64,000 nucleotides of DNA, from positions 21,373 to 85,372 of IMG/VR virus record IMGVR_UViG_3300044712_000982, one strand, 5' to 3'. A program made the translations under genes and the position numbers. Positions 56,475 to 64,000 of this stretch are shown here, one piece after another (the stretch's first letter is position 1; the number at the start of each line of letters is the position of its first letter). This DNA is from a virus. The notes below the pieces were generated by a model that was not told where the DNA came from, ran no database searches, and worked only from the letters and a program-made list of their open reading frames with translations.

Positions 56475-57152
56475 ATGCGTATCTCTACCGTGCTCGGTGG
56501 CATCGCCGCCGGACTCGCACTCACCGCAGGACTCGCCGCACCCGCCGCCGCTACCGGTGAGGCCGTCGGCGCAGAGTGCACCACCGCTGGCACCGAAGCC
56601 AAGTCAGGCGACGTCACCCTGATCTGTGACCAGTCCACGAAGAAGTGGACCGTCAAGGTCGACGTATCCAAGACCGAGACCACCACCAACGCCACCCAGG
56701 GCCAGGGCGCCAACACGGACCAGAAGGCCAAGGGCGACGGCACCAACCAGCAATCCTGCAACCAGCAGATGCAGGCCGGACAGACCATCGCCGGCAACCA
56801 GTACTGCCTGATCGCCAAGGGCGACATCAACCTCAACATCGCAGCCGCGAAGCCGGCCGACTGCAACGGCGCCACCTGCAACGGACTCCCCGCCGAGGTG
56901 CAGGTCCAGTGCTCAGCCGGGCAGACGGCCACGATCGAGGCCGCGGGTGGGGCGAAGGCCACCTACTCGTGCGCGAAGGCCGCAAACGGCACGACCACGA
57001 TGAAGAAGGCCGCCGCCGCGTCGTCTGGCGATAGCCTTCCGGTGACGGGCGCGAAGTCGCTTATCATCACGGCGGTCGGCTTCACCGTGCTTGCGATCGG
57101 CGCGGCGCTGTTCTTGGTGGCGCGTCGCCGTCGGGTGAGCTTCACCGCGTAG
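56475..57152 (+). CDS. sortase-anchored (LPXTG) secreted surface protein
   Basis: Signal peptide ending APAAA, eight Cys, LPVTG, TM segment, RRRR. Confidence 0.85.
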   Translation: MRISTVLGGIAAGLALTAGLAAPAAATGEAVGAECTTAGTEAKSGDVTLICDQSTKKWTVKVDVSKTETTTNATQGQGANTDQKAKGDGTNQQSCNQQMQAGQTIAGNQYCLIAKGDINLNIAAAKPADCNGATCNGLPAEVQVQCSAGQTATIEAAGGAKATYSCAKAANGTTTMKKAAAASSGDSLPVTGAKSLIITAVGFTVLAIGAALFLVARRRRVSFTA

Positions 57153-57275
57153 TCTGAGGTCGACCAGCTCGTGTACTGATCACCGCATAGCGTCGCCCCC
57201 GGCCATGGGAACAGGTCGGGGGCGTCGTGTTTACATGATGGCAAGGGAGATGTAAGGCGCGATTACACGATCGAG

Positions 57276-57644
57276 CTACTTGCCGAGCCACGGCCGGAGC
57301 GTGCGCGCACGATCGACCCCAGCATCCCGCGCAACCTCAACCTCCGACCGGCCCTTGGCGATCTCGGCGATACACGCTGCCTTGAGCCGCTGCTCGACAT
57401 CGGCGAGCGTTTGCCTTGCGCGGATCCGCTCATCCCGGAGGTCGGTGAGGCTGATCGCGCCCTCCGGTGGCACGATCCGGACCGTGTAGTGCCCGAATTC
57501 GGTCAGCCGCTCGTACTGCCTGTCGGCTTCGTCGGCGGTGAGCGCATAGGCGTGAGCGTATTCGCCCTGCCGGATGGTTCCGTGTACCGACCATCGTGGG
57601 CCGCGCGCGGTGATGAGCCGGTGGAGTGACGTCGTCCCGATCAT
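57276..57644 (-). CDS. protein with C-terminal HTH
   Basis: GRSEVEVARDAGVDR..LRPWLGK. Confidence 0.6.
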   Translation of the reverse strand: MIGTTSLHRLITARGPRWSVHGTIRQGEYAHAYALTADEADRQYERLTEFGHYTVRIVPPEGAISLTDLRDERIRARQTLADVEQRLKAACIAEIAKGRSEVEVARDAGVDRARTLRPWLGK

Positions 57645-58000
57645 TTCTGGTCCTCCTGCGTGGTGGTTTCGCTGGCCTTGACGGCCTCGCCGATGCCGTC
57701 GCGGATCCAGCCGGGCACGCTGTCGGCGTATCGGCCGGTGCGGTAGGCGGTAATGTGGATTTGGTTGTCGGCGTCGGACCACCAGACCTTGGTGACGACT
57801 CCGAGGATGTCGCGGGCGCGGGCGTTGCTGATCGACTCGCCGTCGAGGGTGGCGCCGCAGATGTTGCCGGTGTTGTAGCGGGAGACTTCGAGGCCGATGA
57901 GTTCGGGCCAGCTGTTGAAGTAGACGCGGACCTCGCCGGTGCTGGGGTGGGTCCAGGCGTTGCCGCCGATGCGGATCATCTGGTCTTTGGTGTAGGTCAT
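57641..58000 (-). CDS. hypothetical phage protein
   Basis: GEVRVYFN, YNTGNICGATLDGESISN, KVWW. Confidence 0.6.
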   Translation of the reverse strand: MTYTKDQMIRIGGNAWTHPSTGEVRVYFNSWPELIGLEVSRYNTGNICGATLDGESISNARARDILGVVTKVWWSDADNQIHITAYRTGRYADSVPGWIRDGIGEAVKASETTTQEDQK

Positions 58001-58022
58001 CGCCCTGGTCCTCTCGCTCGCT

Positions 58023-58065
58023 TCTGTAGACCACTCTACACGACACATGTTGAGTGGTCTACAGA
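58023..58065. promoter_or_regulatory. 14-bp perfect inverted repeat overlapping a minus-strand promoter
   Basis: TCTGTAGACCACTC-15 nt-GAGTGGTCTACAGA. Confidence 0.65.
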
Positions 58066-58078
58066 ACCCACGAACGAG

Positions 58079-58621
58079 TCAACCCACCAGCGCCAGCACA
58101 GACACCACCCCAGCCGCCACCAACACCGGGCGCACCAGCCACAACTCAACCCGACACCCCCGCCGCCCGGTCTTGAACCGCAATGGCACCCACACCCCGA
58201 CCGGCCGGCGACACCACGGCCCGAACAGCGGTGCACCAGCGTCTGTTAGGCAATCTCCGAGCACGTGGACAACATGCCCAGCACCGACCGCCAGGCCCAC
58301 CCACCACAGCGAAGGCTCGACCAGCGCCGCCAGCGCGCCCACCGCGAGCCCGAGCATCACGCCGACGATCCCCCAATGCGTCGGCCCGCGATGCCCGCAC
58401 CCGAGCCGGACCCCGGCCGACACGAGCCGCGACACCCACCCCAGCGACCGCGACGCCATCGACTGCGGATGGTCGAGGTCAGGCAGAAGCGCGCCAACCC
58501 CGCACAGCACGGCACCAGCGACCGTGGGGACCAGTCCGGGCGCGTGACCCACCTGCGCTAGCCCGGCGCACCCGGCCGTCCACACCACGGCGCCGGAAAG
58601 TCGGTGCGTTACGCCCATCAT
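58079..58621 (-). CDS. membrane-bound metal-dependent hydrolase (YdjM-like)
   Basis: THRLSG, GALLPDLDHP, HRGPTH, HVLGDCLT..G.PLF. Confidence 0.85.
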   Translation of the reverse strand: MMGVTHRLSGAVVWTAGCAGLAQVGHAPGLVPTVAGAVLCGVGALLPDLDHPQSMASRSLGWVSRLVSAGVRLGCGHRGPTHWGIVGVMLGLAVGALAALVEPSLWWVGLAVGAGHVVHVLGDCLTDAGAPLFGPWCRRPVGVWVPLRFKTGRRGCRVELWLVRPVLVAAGVVSVLALVG

Positions 58622-58757
58622 CGCAACGCACCTGCGACGAGCGCGGCGCCGACCATCAGGCCGATGGCGGAGGGCCACCACGCGGCGACCCGCAGCCACA
58701 GCGCCGGCCGGGGCACGATGGCGATGACCTCTGCGGTCACGACGGGTACGAGTTGGC

Positions 58758-60653
58758 TCACGACGTCACCTGCCAGGGGGTTCCGCTGCCGCTTGGCTGC
58801 CTGATGTCTCCGGACTCGCGCAGCTCGGCGAGTACGGCACGGAGTTGCGCAGGCCTGACCGGGCAGTCGGGCCGATCGAGGAGGGCATTCGCTGTCTGCG
58901 GTGAGATCCGTAGCCGTGCGCGAATCCACTCCTTTGTCGAGGTGGGTTTCTGCGGCGGCGGGCTCGGGTGGACCCCGAATGCGGAGAGCCGGTCGGCGAC
59001 AGCGGCGGCTGCGCTTCCGAACGTTTCGCGAGGCGCGTCCGCTGCCGCTCGCCGCTGTTGCCCGCTGGTCGAGGGTTGCTCGGCTTGCTCGGGCTGGTCG
59101 ACGATCCACCTGATGGGGCGGCGGACGTGCCGCGCGGAGGCTGCGGCTTCGTCGAGGAACGGGACGCGTCCGAGCATGCCGATCCGTTCGGCTGCGCGGG
59201 AGTAGCCGCTTCCGGCGGTCTTCAGTTTCTTGCCGCCGATCTCGATCTCGATGGGGATGGAGAATGGGTCGCCGATGAAGTCGTCGGGGAGCACGGTGGT
59301 GCCACTGCCGCGGTTGGACAGTCGGAGGATGAGGGCGTTTCCGGCGACGGCGGCGTCACGGATCCGGATTGATCCGCCGAGTGATTTCATTTGCGGGAGT
59401 TGGGTGGCGAGGATGACGGAGACGCCGGTTTTGCGGCAGATCGCCATGATCTCTTCGAGCATCTCGACGATCTGACGGTCTTCGCTGGACATCGTGAGCA
59501 CCAGGTGGCATTCGTCGATGATGACGGCGAGTTGCCTGATCCCGAGCGCAATGATTTTCGGGTCCGCCTGGTCGTAGGCGTCGATACCTTCAGCCGCCAG
59601 CCGGGACGATCGTTCCATAACCTCGGCGTGGAGCCTGCGGATTAGGTCTTTCGTCGCCGTGACCCCGTTGTGGTATTCGCCGGCAGTGTCCCGCCATTTC
59701 GGCAGTGACTGGCCGTTTTGCGGGTCGCAGACGACGACCATCACACCGGCGTGGAGGAGGTTGTCGATGATGACGCCGAGTGCGCGGCTCTTCCCGGCGT
59801 TCGACGAGCCGACGATGAGCCCGTTGAGGGTTCCAGATCCTTCCTGCTGGTGGATCCAGGTGCACGGGGTGCCGTCGGCGTAGGTGATGATCTGGAAGCG
59901 TCCGTCGCGGTAGGTCGGGCCGGGGTAGCGAACGGGCAGTTGGATGTATGAGCGCTCGACGATGACGAGCTGGAGTTTCGCGGCGCGTCCGGTGCGTCGC
60001 CAACCAACTGAGCCTTCGGGGAGGTCGAGGCAGGTTTCGACGGCGGAGCCGGTCTTGACGACCTCCCCGATTTTCGTTCCTGGCAGGAGCCGGATTGTGG
60101 CTTCGATGACACCGGCGCGGACGGTCTTCGCCACGGTGAGCAGCGTATTTTTGCAGACCCCATGGCCGATGACTTCGGTGCGCCACCTCTGCACCCATTC
60201 GTCCGTCCGGTCGACCTCCGGCTCGGGGTCGGGCTCGACCACGTCACGTAGGTGACGCCACCACGGCCAGCCCAGGAGCGGGGTGACGATCGCCAGGATC
60301 GGAATTGAGGGGCCGTGGGTGAGCGGATCGGCCAGCAGCGCCCACAGTCCGAGCGTCCCGGTGATCACGGCTCGGTAGCAGCGAATCCATCCCGAGTGGG
60401 TGCGCCACCCGGCGGCGATGAGCACGGCGACCGCCACGGTGCCCCACTCCCACCAGCCGGACAGGTCGAGCCACCCGGAGGCGACGGCGGCGAGCCACGC
60501 TGTGGCGGCCCAGTACGCCGGCAGCATGCGCCGCCACGTGTGCTTGAGGATCCAGCCAGCCGCGATCAGCACCGCGGCGCCTGCCGTCGCGGATCCGGTG
60601 ACTGCCGCCCCGGCTGCCCGCTGTTTGATTCCTGCCGTCGCCATTTTGTTCAC
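58758..60653 (-). CDS. traB: FtsK/SpoIIIE-family TraB-like DNA translocase
   Basis: N-terminal TM helices, GSSNAGKS, VIIDECH, RKTGVSVILATQ, C-terminal winged-helix-like tail. Confidence 0.8.
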   Translation of the reverse strand: MNKMATAGIKQRAAGAAVTGSATAGAAVLIAAGWILKHTWRRMLPAYWAATAWLAAVASGWLDLSGWWEWGTVAVAVLIAAGWRTHSGWIRCYRAVITGTLGLWALLADPLTHGPSIPILAIVTPLLGWPWWRHLRDVVEPDPEPEVDRTDEWVQRWRTEVIGHGVCKNTLLTVAKTVRAGVIEATIRLLPGTKIGEVVKTGSAVETCLDLPEGSVGWRRTGRAAKLQLVIVERSYIQLPVRYPGPTYRDGRFQIITYADGTPCTWIHQQEGSGTLNGLIVGSSNAGKSRALGVIIDNLLHAGVMVVVCDPQNGQSLPKWRDTAGEYHNGVTATKDLIRRLHAEVMERSSRLAAEGIDAYDQADPKIIALGIRQLAVIIDECHLVLTMSSEDRQIVEMLEEIMAICRKTGVSVILATQLPQMKSLGGSIRIRDAAVAGNALILRLSNRGSGTTVLPDDFIGDPFSIPIEIEIGGKKLKTAGSGYSRAAERIGMLGRVPFLDEAAASARHVRRPIRWIVDQPEQAEQPSTSGQQRRAAADAPRETFGSAAAAVADRLSAFGVHPSPPPQKPTSTKEWIRARLRISPQTANALLDRPDCPVRPAQLRAVLAELRESGDIRQPSGSGTPWQVTS

Positions 60654-60704
60654 CTATCTGTGCGGCGGGGGGCGACCGGCGTGGTCGCCCCCCGCGTCGC
60701 GTGG

Positions 60705-61118
60705 TCAGCCTTCGAGGACTTCCCGGTCGGCGAGGTTCCCGGCGGCGTCGGCCGCGTCCGCCACCGCCCCGTCGCGGGCGTTGAAGTCGCTGGTGGCGGC
60801 GGTGAACGACTCGGTTGCCGCCTGCAACTTGGCTTCGGCGGACCGGGCTGATTCGGCGGCGGCGTGGTAGTCGGCGGCTGCTGACCGTGCCTGCGTGGCC
60901 GCGTCGCGGAGGTGCTCGACGGTCGAGGCGGCCATCTTCGCTGACTCGTAGTTGTCGGCGGCCTGCTCGAAGGTCGCGGCGGCGGCCTCGGCGGCCTCGG
61001 CGTTCTCTTCGAGCTGGGCGGCGGATGCGCCGGCGTTGGTGGCGGATTCCTCGGACCATTCGGCGCCTTGGGCGAATGCGGCGCGGATGGATTCGGGTCC
61101 TGCTGCCTCGGTGTTCAT
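60705..61118 (-). CDS. Ala-rich helical protein upstream of TraB (TraA-like position)
   Basis: Coiled-coil-like, 137 aa. Confidence 0.5.
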   Translation of the reverse strand: MNTEAAGPESIRAAFAQGAEWSEESATNAGASAAQLEENAEAAEAAAATFEQAADNYESAKMAASTVEHLRDAATQARSAAADYHAAAESARSAEAKLQAATESFTAATSDFNARDGAVADAADAAGNLADREVLEG

Positions 61119-61717
61119 GCTCCACTACCTTCGTTGATCTTGGGTGGTACGGATTCCAGTTCCGGGATGGGTCTCAGCTGCTGCGGACTGCCGCTCCGCG
61201 CGGGCCTCTTCGTCCTTCGGGCCGGCGACGGACGGCGCGTCGGCTCGGGCATCGTGTCTGGGTCTTCGTCGGTGTCGGTGTGGTGGATGTCGGTGTGTTG
61301 CTTCGACGCGTCGTCGGCGTTGCGTTTGAGCTGGTATGGACGGGATCGCCAGTCGCACAGGTCGCAGTTGCCGTACCAGTGCTTTGCCTGCCGGTCGTAT
61401 TCGATGGCGACGGGGCCTCGCGTGCGGCGTTCGCGGTAGATGGCGCGGCGCTCCTCTCGGCGTTGGCGGCGCTGCTCCCACCGTTCGGGGCGGCGTTCGC
61501 GGGCGGCGTCAGAGGCGTCCTCGATCAGGTCGGCGAAGTACTTGCCGATCGCCGACCTGGTGCGCTTCGGCTCCCTGCCGGCAGCCCGGTCGACGCGCTC
61601 GCGCTTTTCGCGTTCCTGCCTGCGCGGCGATGTCTTCCCGCGGGCTGCGGCGACGACGTCCTCGAAGATCAGGGCGATGACCTTCAGTGTGATGAGTACG
61701 AGTACGACGTCGACCAT
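61115..61717 (-). CDS. hypothetical membrane-anchored basic protein
   Basis: N-terminal TM, Arg-rich, CDLC. Confidence 0.5.
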   Translation of the reverse strand: MVDVVLVLITLKVIALIFEDVVAAARGKTSPRRQEREKRERVDRAAGREPKRTRSAIGKYFADLIEDASDAARERRPERWEQRRQRREERRAIYRERRTRGPVAIEYDRQAKHWYGNCDLCDWRSRPYQLKRNADDASKQHTDIHHTDTDEDPDTMPEPTRRPSPARRTKRPARSGSPQQLRPIPELESVPPKINEGSGA

Positions 61718-61719
61718 GG

Positions 61720-62100
61720 CTACCTCCTCTTGTTGCTGGCCTTGACGGCCCGCTCATTGATCGTGTGCGCGACGACAAGGCACACGGCTGCGATGGTCAT
61801 CGTTGAGGTGGTGGCGAGCCCGTAGCCGACTTGCTCGCCGACGAAGTCCCACAGGTCCGAGAAGCGCGACTGGATCCAGTCGGAGATCGGGCCGGGGATG
61901 TAGACGAGCAGGGTCGGCATGACGAGGGCGCCGACGATGGCGTCCTGGTTTGGGGTCTTGTCCTTGGCGATGTCGACGACGGCCTTCACGAGCAGGCCGA
62001 TCGTGAAGACGATGAGGACCATGGTGGTGGCGTCTGCGGCGAGGCCAGTCCCGGCCACGATCGCGAGGATGAACGCGCACCACGCGAACAGTTTCATCAT
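61720..62100 (-). CDS. multi-TM Spd-like membrane protein
   Basis: Three to four hydrophobic helices in the transfer module. Confidence 0.55.
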   Translation of the reverse strand: MMKLFAWCAFILAIVAGTGLAADATTMVLIVFTIGLLVKAVVDIAKDKTPNQDAIVGALVMPTLLVYIPGPISDWIQSRFSDLWDFVGEQVGYGLATTSTMTIAAVCLVVAHTINERAVKASNKRR

Positions 62101-62126
62101 GGTAGATCTCCTTTCCGGGAGTGGTG

Positions 62127-62504
62127 TCAGGCCGTCAGGTAGGTGATGATCAGCGCGACGCTCACGGCGAGCGTGCGGAGCGGATGGGTGAGGATCCACG
62201 AGACGAGGTGGAGCATCGCCCGTGGGATGAGCGCGAGGGCTGCCCAGGCGGTCAGCCAGATCTCCACCGCGGTCGCGTTGCCGTCGCGGATGGTGGTGGC
62301 GTCGGTGACGAGCTTGCAGAGCGGGTCCGGGCTGTCGGTCCAGACGGAGCGGATCGATGCGAGGTCGTCGACTGTGGCGCCGTAGACGTCACGGACAGTG
62401 ATTCTGGTACTGGAATCCGAACCAGAATCCGGCGTGCTGGTTTGTGCTGGTTTGGGATGATTCTGATCTGGGCGCGGATACGGAGAAGGGCGCCTACGGG
62501 CCAT
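62127..62504 (-). CDS. membrane protein of the transfer module
   Basis: GAGG RBS; W..WAAL..HLVSWILTHPLR TM end. Confidence 0.55.
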   Translation of the reverse strand: MARRRPSPYPRPDQNHPKPAQTSTPDSGSDSSTRITVRDVYGATVDDLASIRSVWTDSPDPLCKLVTDATTIRDGNATAVEIWLTAWAALALIPRAMLHLVSWILTHPLRTLAVSVALIITYLTA

Positions 62505-62601
62505 AGAAATGACCTCGGCCCCACCCGGACTGGAATCCACCCGGCCATGTGACTGTCCGTAGTCATCGTCACGTGCTGGCTGCGCACCCATCACTCCCAC
62601 C

Positions 62602-62724
62602 TCATCCCGTCACGTACGCCACGATCGCTACGACGACCAGCACGAAACCGCACGTGACGATCACGGTTGCGATCGCGCGCAGCGGGTTCGATCCGTACTG
62701 GTGCGTCCCGTTGTGCTGGTCCAT
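62602..62724 (-). CDS. 40-aa TM peptide (not in the ORF track)
   Basis: MDQHNGTHQYGSNPLRAIATVIVTCGFVLVVVAIVAYVTG. Confidence 0.45.
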   Translation of the reverse strand: MDQHNGTHQYGSNPLRAIATVIVTCGFVLVVVAIVAYVTG

Positions 62725-62855
62725 CACGTCGACCCGCCGATCAGCAGCCCGCACGCGAGACCAGCGACGATCGCGACGGTCACGGCGAGGGCGAGGATCG
62801 GGCTACGGGGAACCGACGCGAACGTCTCGCCAAGCACCCGACGTGCGTAGATCAT
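62724..62855 (-). CDS. 43-aa TM peptide
   Basis: GGAG RBS; ILALAVTVAIVAGLACGLLI. Confidence 0.45.
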   Translation of the reverse strand: MIYARRVLGETFASVPRSPILALAVTVAIVAGLACGLLIGGST

Positions 62856-62869
62856 GACGTTTCTCCTGG

Positions 62870-63307
62870 TCAGTGGCTTGTGAGGTGCCTGCGCCGGTTG
62901 CGCATGGCCGAGGCGATTCGGCGGCACGTCCATGTGATGGCCGGGTGCGCGATGGTCGCGAGTGCGGCACCGGCCGTGACTGCCGCGAGTTGCCCCGACC
63001 CGAGGTGCCATCCGTGGACGCCAACGACGTACCAGCCGATACCGCAGGTCACGGCCGCGATGGTCGCCGCGGATGGGGCATCGGCCCACGCGTCGGCGAG
63101 CCTGGAACGGATGGGGTGGGCTGCGCGCTGCGGGTCGGGCCACGGATCGCCGGTCTTCCATGCGTAGAGGGCGTCGTCGACCTCGTCCATTGCCTCGGAG
63201 AGCAGGCTCCGGAGGTGGTCGACGGTCGCTTCGTCGATGTGCTCGTTGGCGGCAATCGCGGTGTCGACGGCGATGATGGCGTCGAGTGCGCTGGTTGGGT
63301 CGTTCAT
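62870..63307 (-). CDS. protein with two C-terminal TM helices
   Basis: GGGAG RBS; MNDPTSALDAII start. Confidence 0.5.
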   Translation of the reverse strand: MNDPTSALDAIIAVDTAIAANEHIDEATVDHLRSLLSEAMDEVDDALYAWKTGDPWPDPQRAAHPIRSRLADAWADAPSAATIAAVTCGIGWYVVGVHGWHLGSGQLAAVTAGAALATIAHPAITWTCRRIASAMRNRRRHLTSH

Positions 63308-63542
63308 GACGTTGCTCCCTGCGTGAGCCGGTCGAGTGCGTCCGCCACCTCGGTGACGGTGGTTGCTGCCGCGTCTGCGGCGTCCATGGCGGTTGCCGTA
63401 GTCGCCGTTGCGGGCGGCTCGGAACGTGTGGTGCATGGTCGTGGATGCGCCGCGGAGTTCCTCGGCGAGCGCGCGGATCGCGGCCACTTCGGCGGGGGTC
63501 ATGACCAGTACCTGCCGTATGCGAGCACGAGTTCGACGATGG

Positions 63543-64000
63543 TCATCGGGTCTCCTCAGGCTGGGCGGCTTCTGCAATTGCGCGGTCGATGAGGTCTTGC
63601 ACCGCTGGGTAGCCGATACCGACGCCGTTGCGGGCGTTGCGGATGGCGTCGTAGACGGCGCGTTGTCCGGGTGCGTTGCGGCCTTTGTTGCGGGCGGTTG
63701 CAACGAGTGGCCGGACGATGTTCATGAGGTCGTCGTCGCCGGTTGCAACTGGATCTGCAACGTGGTCGACGGCTGGTGTTGCAACGGGCTCGGCCGGGCT
63801 GGCTGTAGGCGCCTCTGTGGGTGTTGCAACTGGCCCTGGGCGCGGCGTTGCAACTGTCGCGGCTGGTGCCGTTGCGGGCTTCCGTTGCGGTCGCCGGCGG
63901 CTCTTCGTCCGGGTGGCCTTTCGGCTGGTGGGGCGTGTTGCAGCCGGTGTTGCAACCAGTTCGGCGGCGGGTGTTGCAACGGCCGGGGCGACGTCTGCAA
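63543..64000 (-). CDS. Spd-like protein C terminus (VAT repeats plus terminal HTH), 5' truncated
   Basis: Frame from 63998 is open: repeated VATP, then PGQRAVYDAIR..GIGYPAVQDLI. Confidence 0.6.
   Translation of the reverse strand, partial: ADVAPAVATPAAELVATPAATRPTSRKATRTKSRRRPQRKPATAPAATVATPRPGPVATPTEAPTASPAEPVATPAVDHVADPVATGDDDLMNIVRPLVATARNKGRNAPGQRAVYDAIRNARNGVGIGYPAVQDLIDRAIAEAAQPEETR
63697..63980. repeat. seven copies of the 8-bp palindrome GTTGCAAC
   Basis: Starts at 63697, 63742, 63778, 63823, 63847, 63949, 63973, plus near-copies. Confidence 0.9.

Noticed and set aside
62400-62540. Short GAATCC and TGCTGGTTT repeats as a second clt locus
   Set aside because: Only two to three copies each; too weak to support

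Overview
High-GC actinobacterial tailed (siphovirus-like) phage or prophage DNA fills the whole window. The host is probably a filamentous actinomycete; a Micromonosporaceae-like host is inferred from the endolysin and LPVTG protein style. The + strand (1 to ~49.9 kb) runs: SSB/WhiB/HTH genes; a DNA-modification operon (C5 methyltransferase, VUT/YhhQ-type transporter, TGT/DpdA-like protein); replication (initiator with iterons, DnaC-like loader, DnaB); two ParB-like genes; terminase; portal-MuF; a four-enzyme sugar cluster; head; tail; lysis; a second Rep-like gene with palindromes; small genes. The - strand (50.1 to 64 kb) carries DnaN, a MazG-like protein, an intein-containing N6A/N4C methyltransferase, an SNF2-type helicase with an endonuclease VII gene nested in another frame, a metal hydrolase, and a TraB/FtsK plus Spd-like transfer module ending in GTTGCAAC repeats. 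Lsr2 and LPXTG morons lie on the + strand in this arm. No integrase, tRNA, rRNA or CRISPR array is visible. Best leads: the dual-coding endonuclease inside the helicase, a salvage-type 7-deazaguanine locus, probable virion glycosylation, and a phage carrying an actinomycete conjugation module. All family calls are from motif recognition only; no database searches were run.
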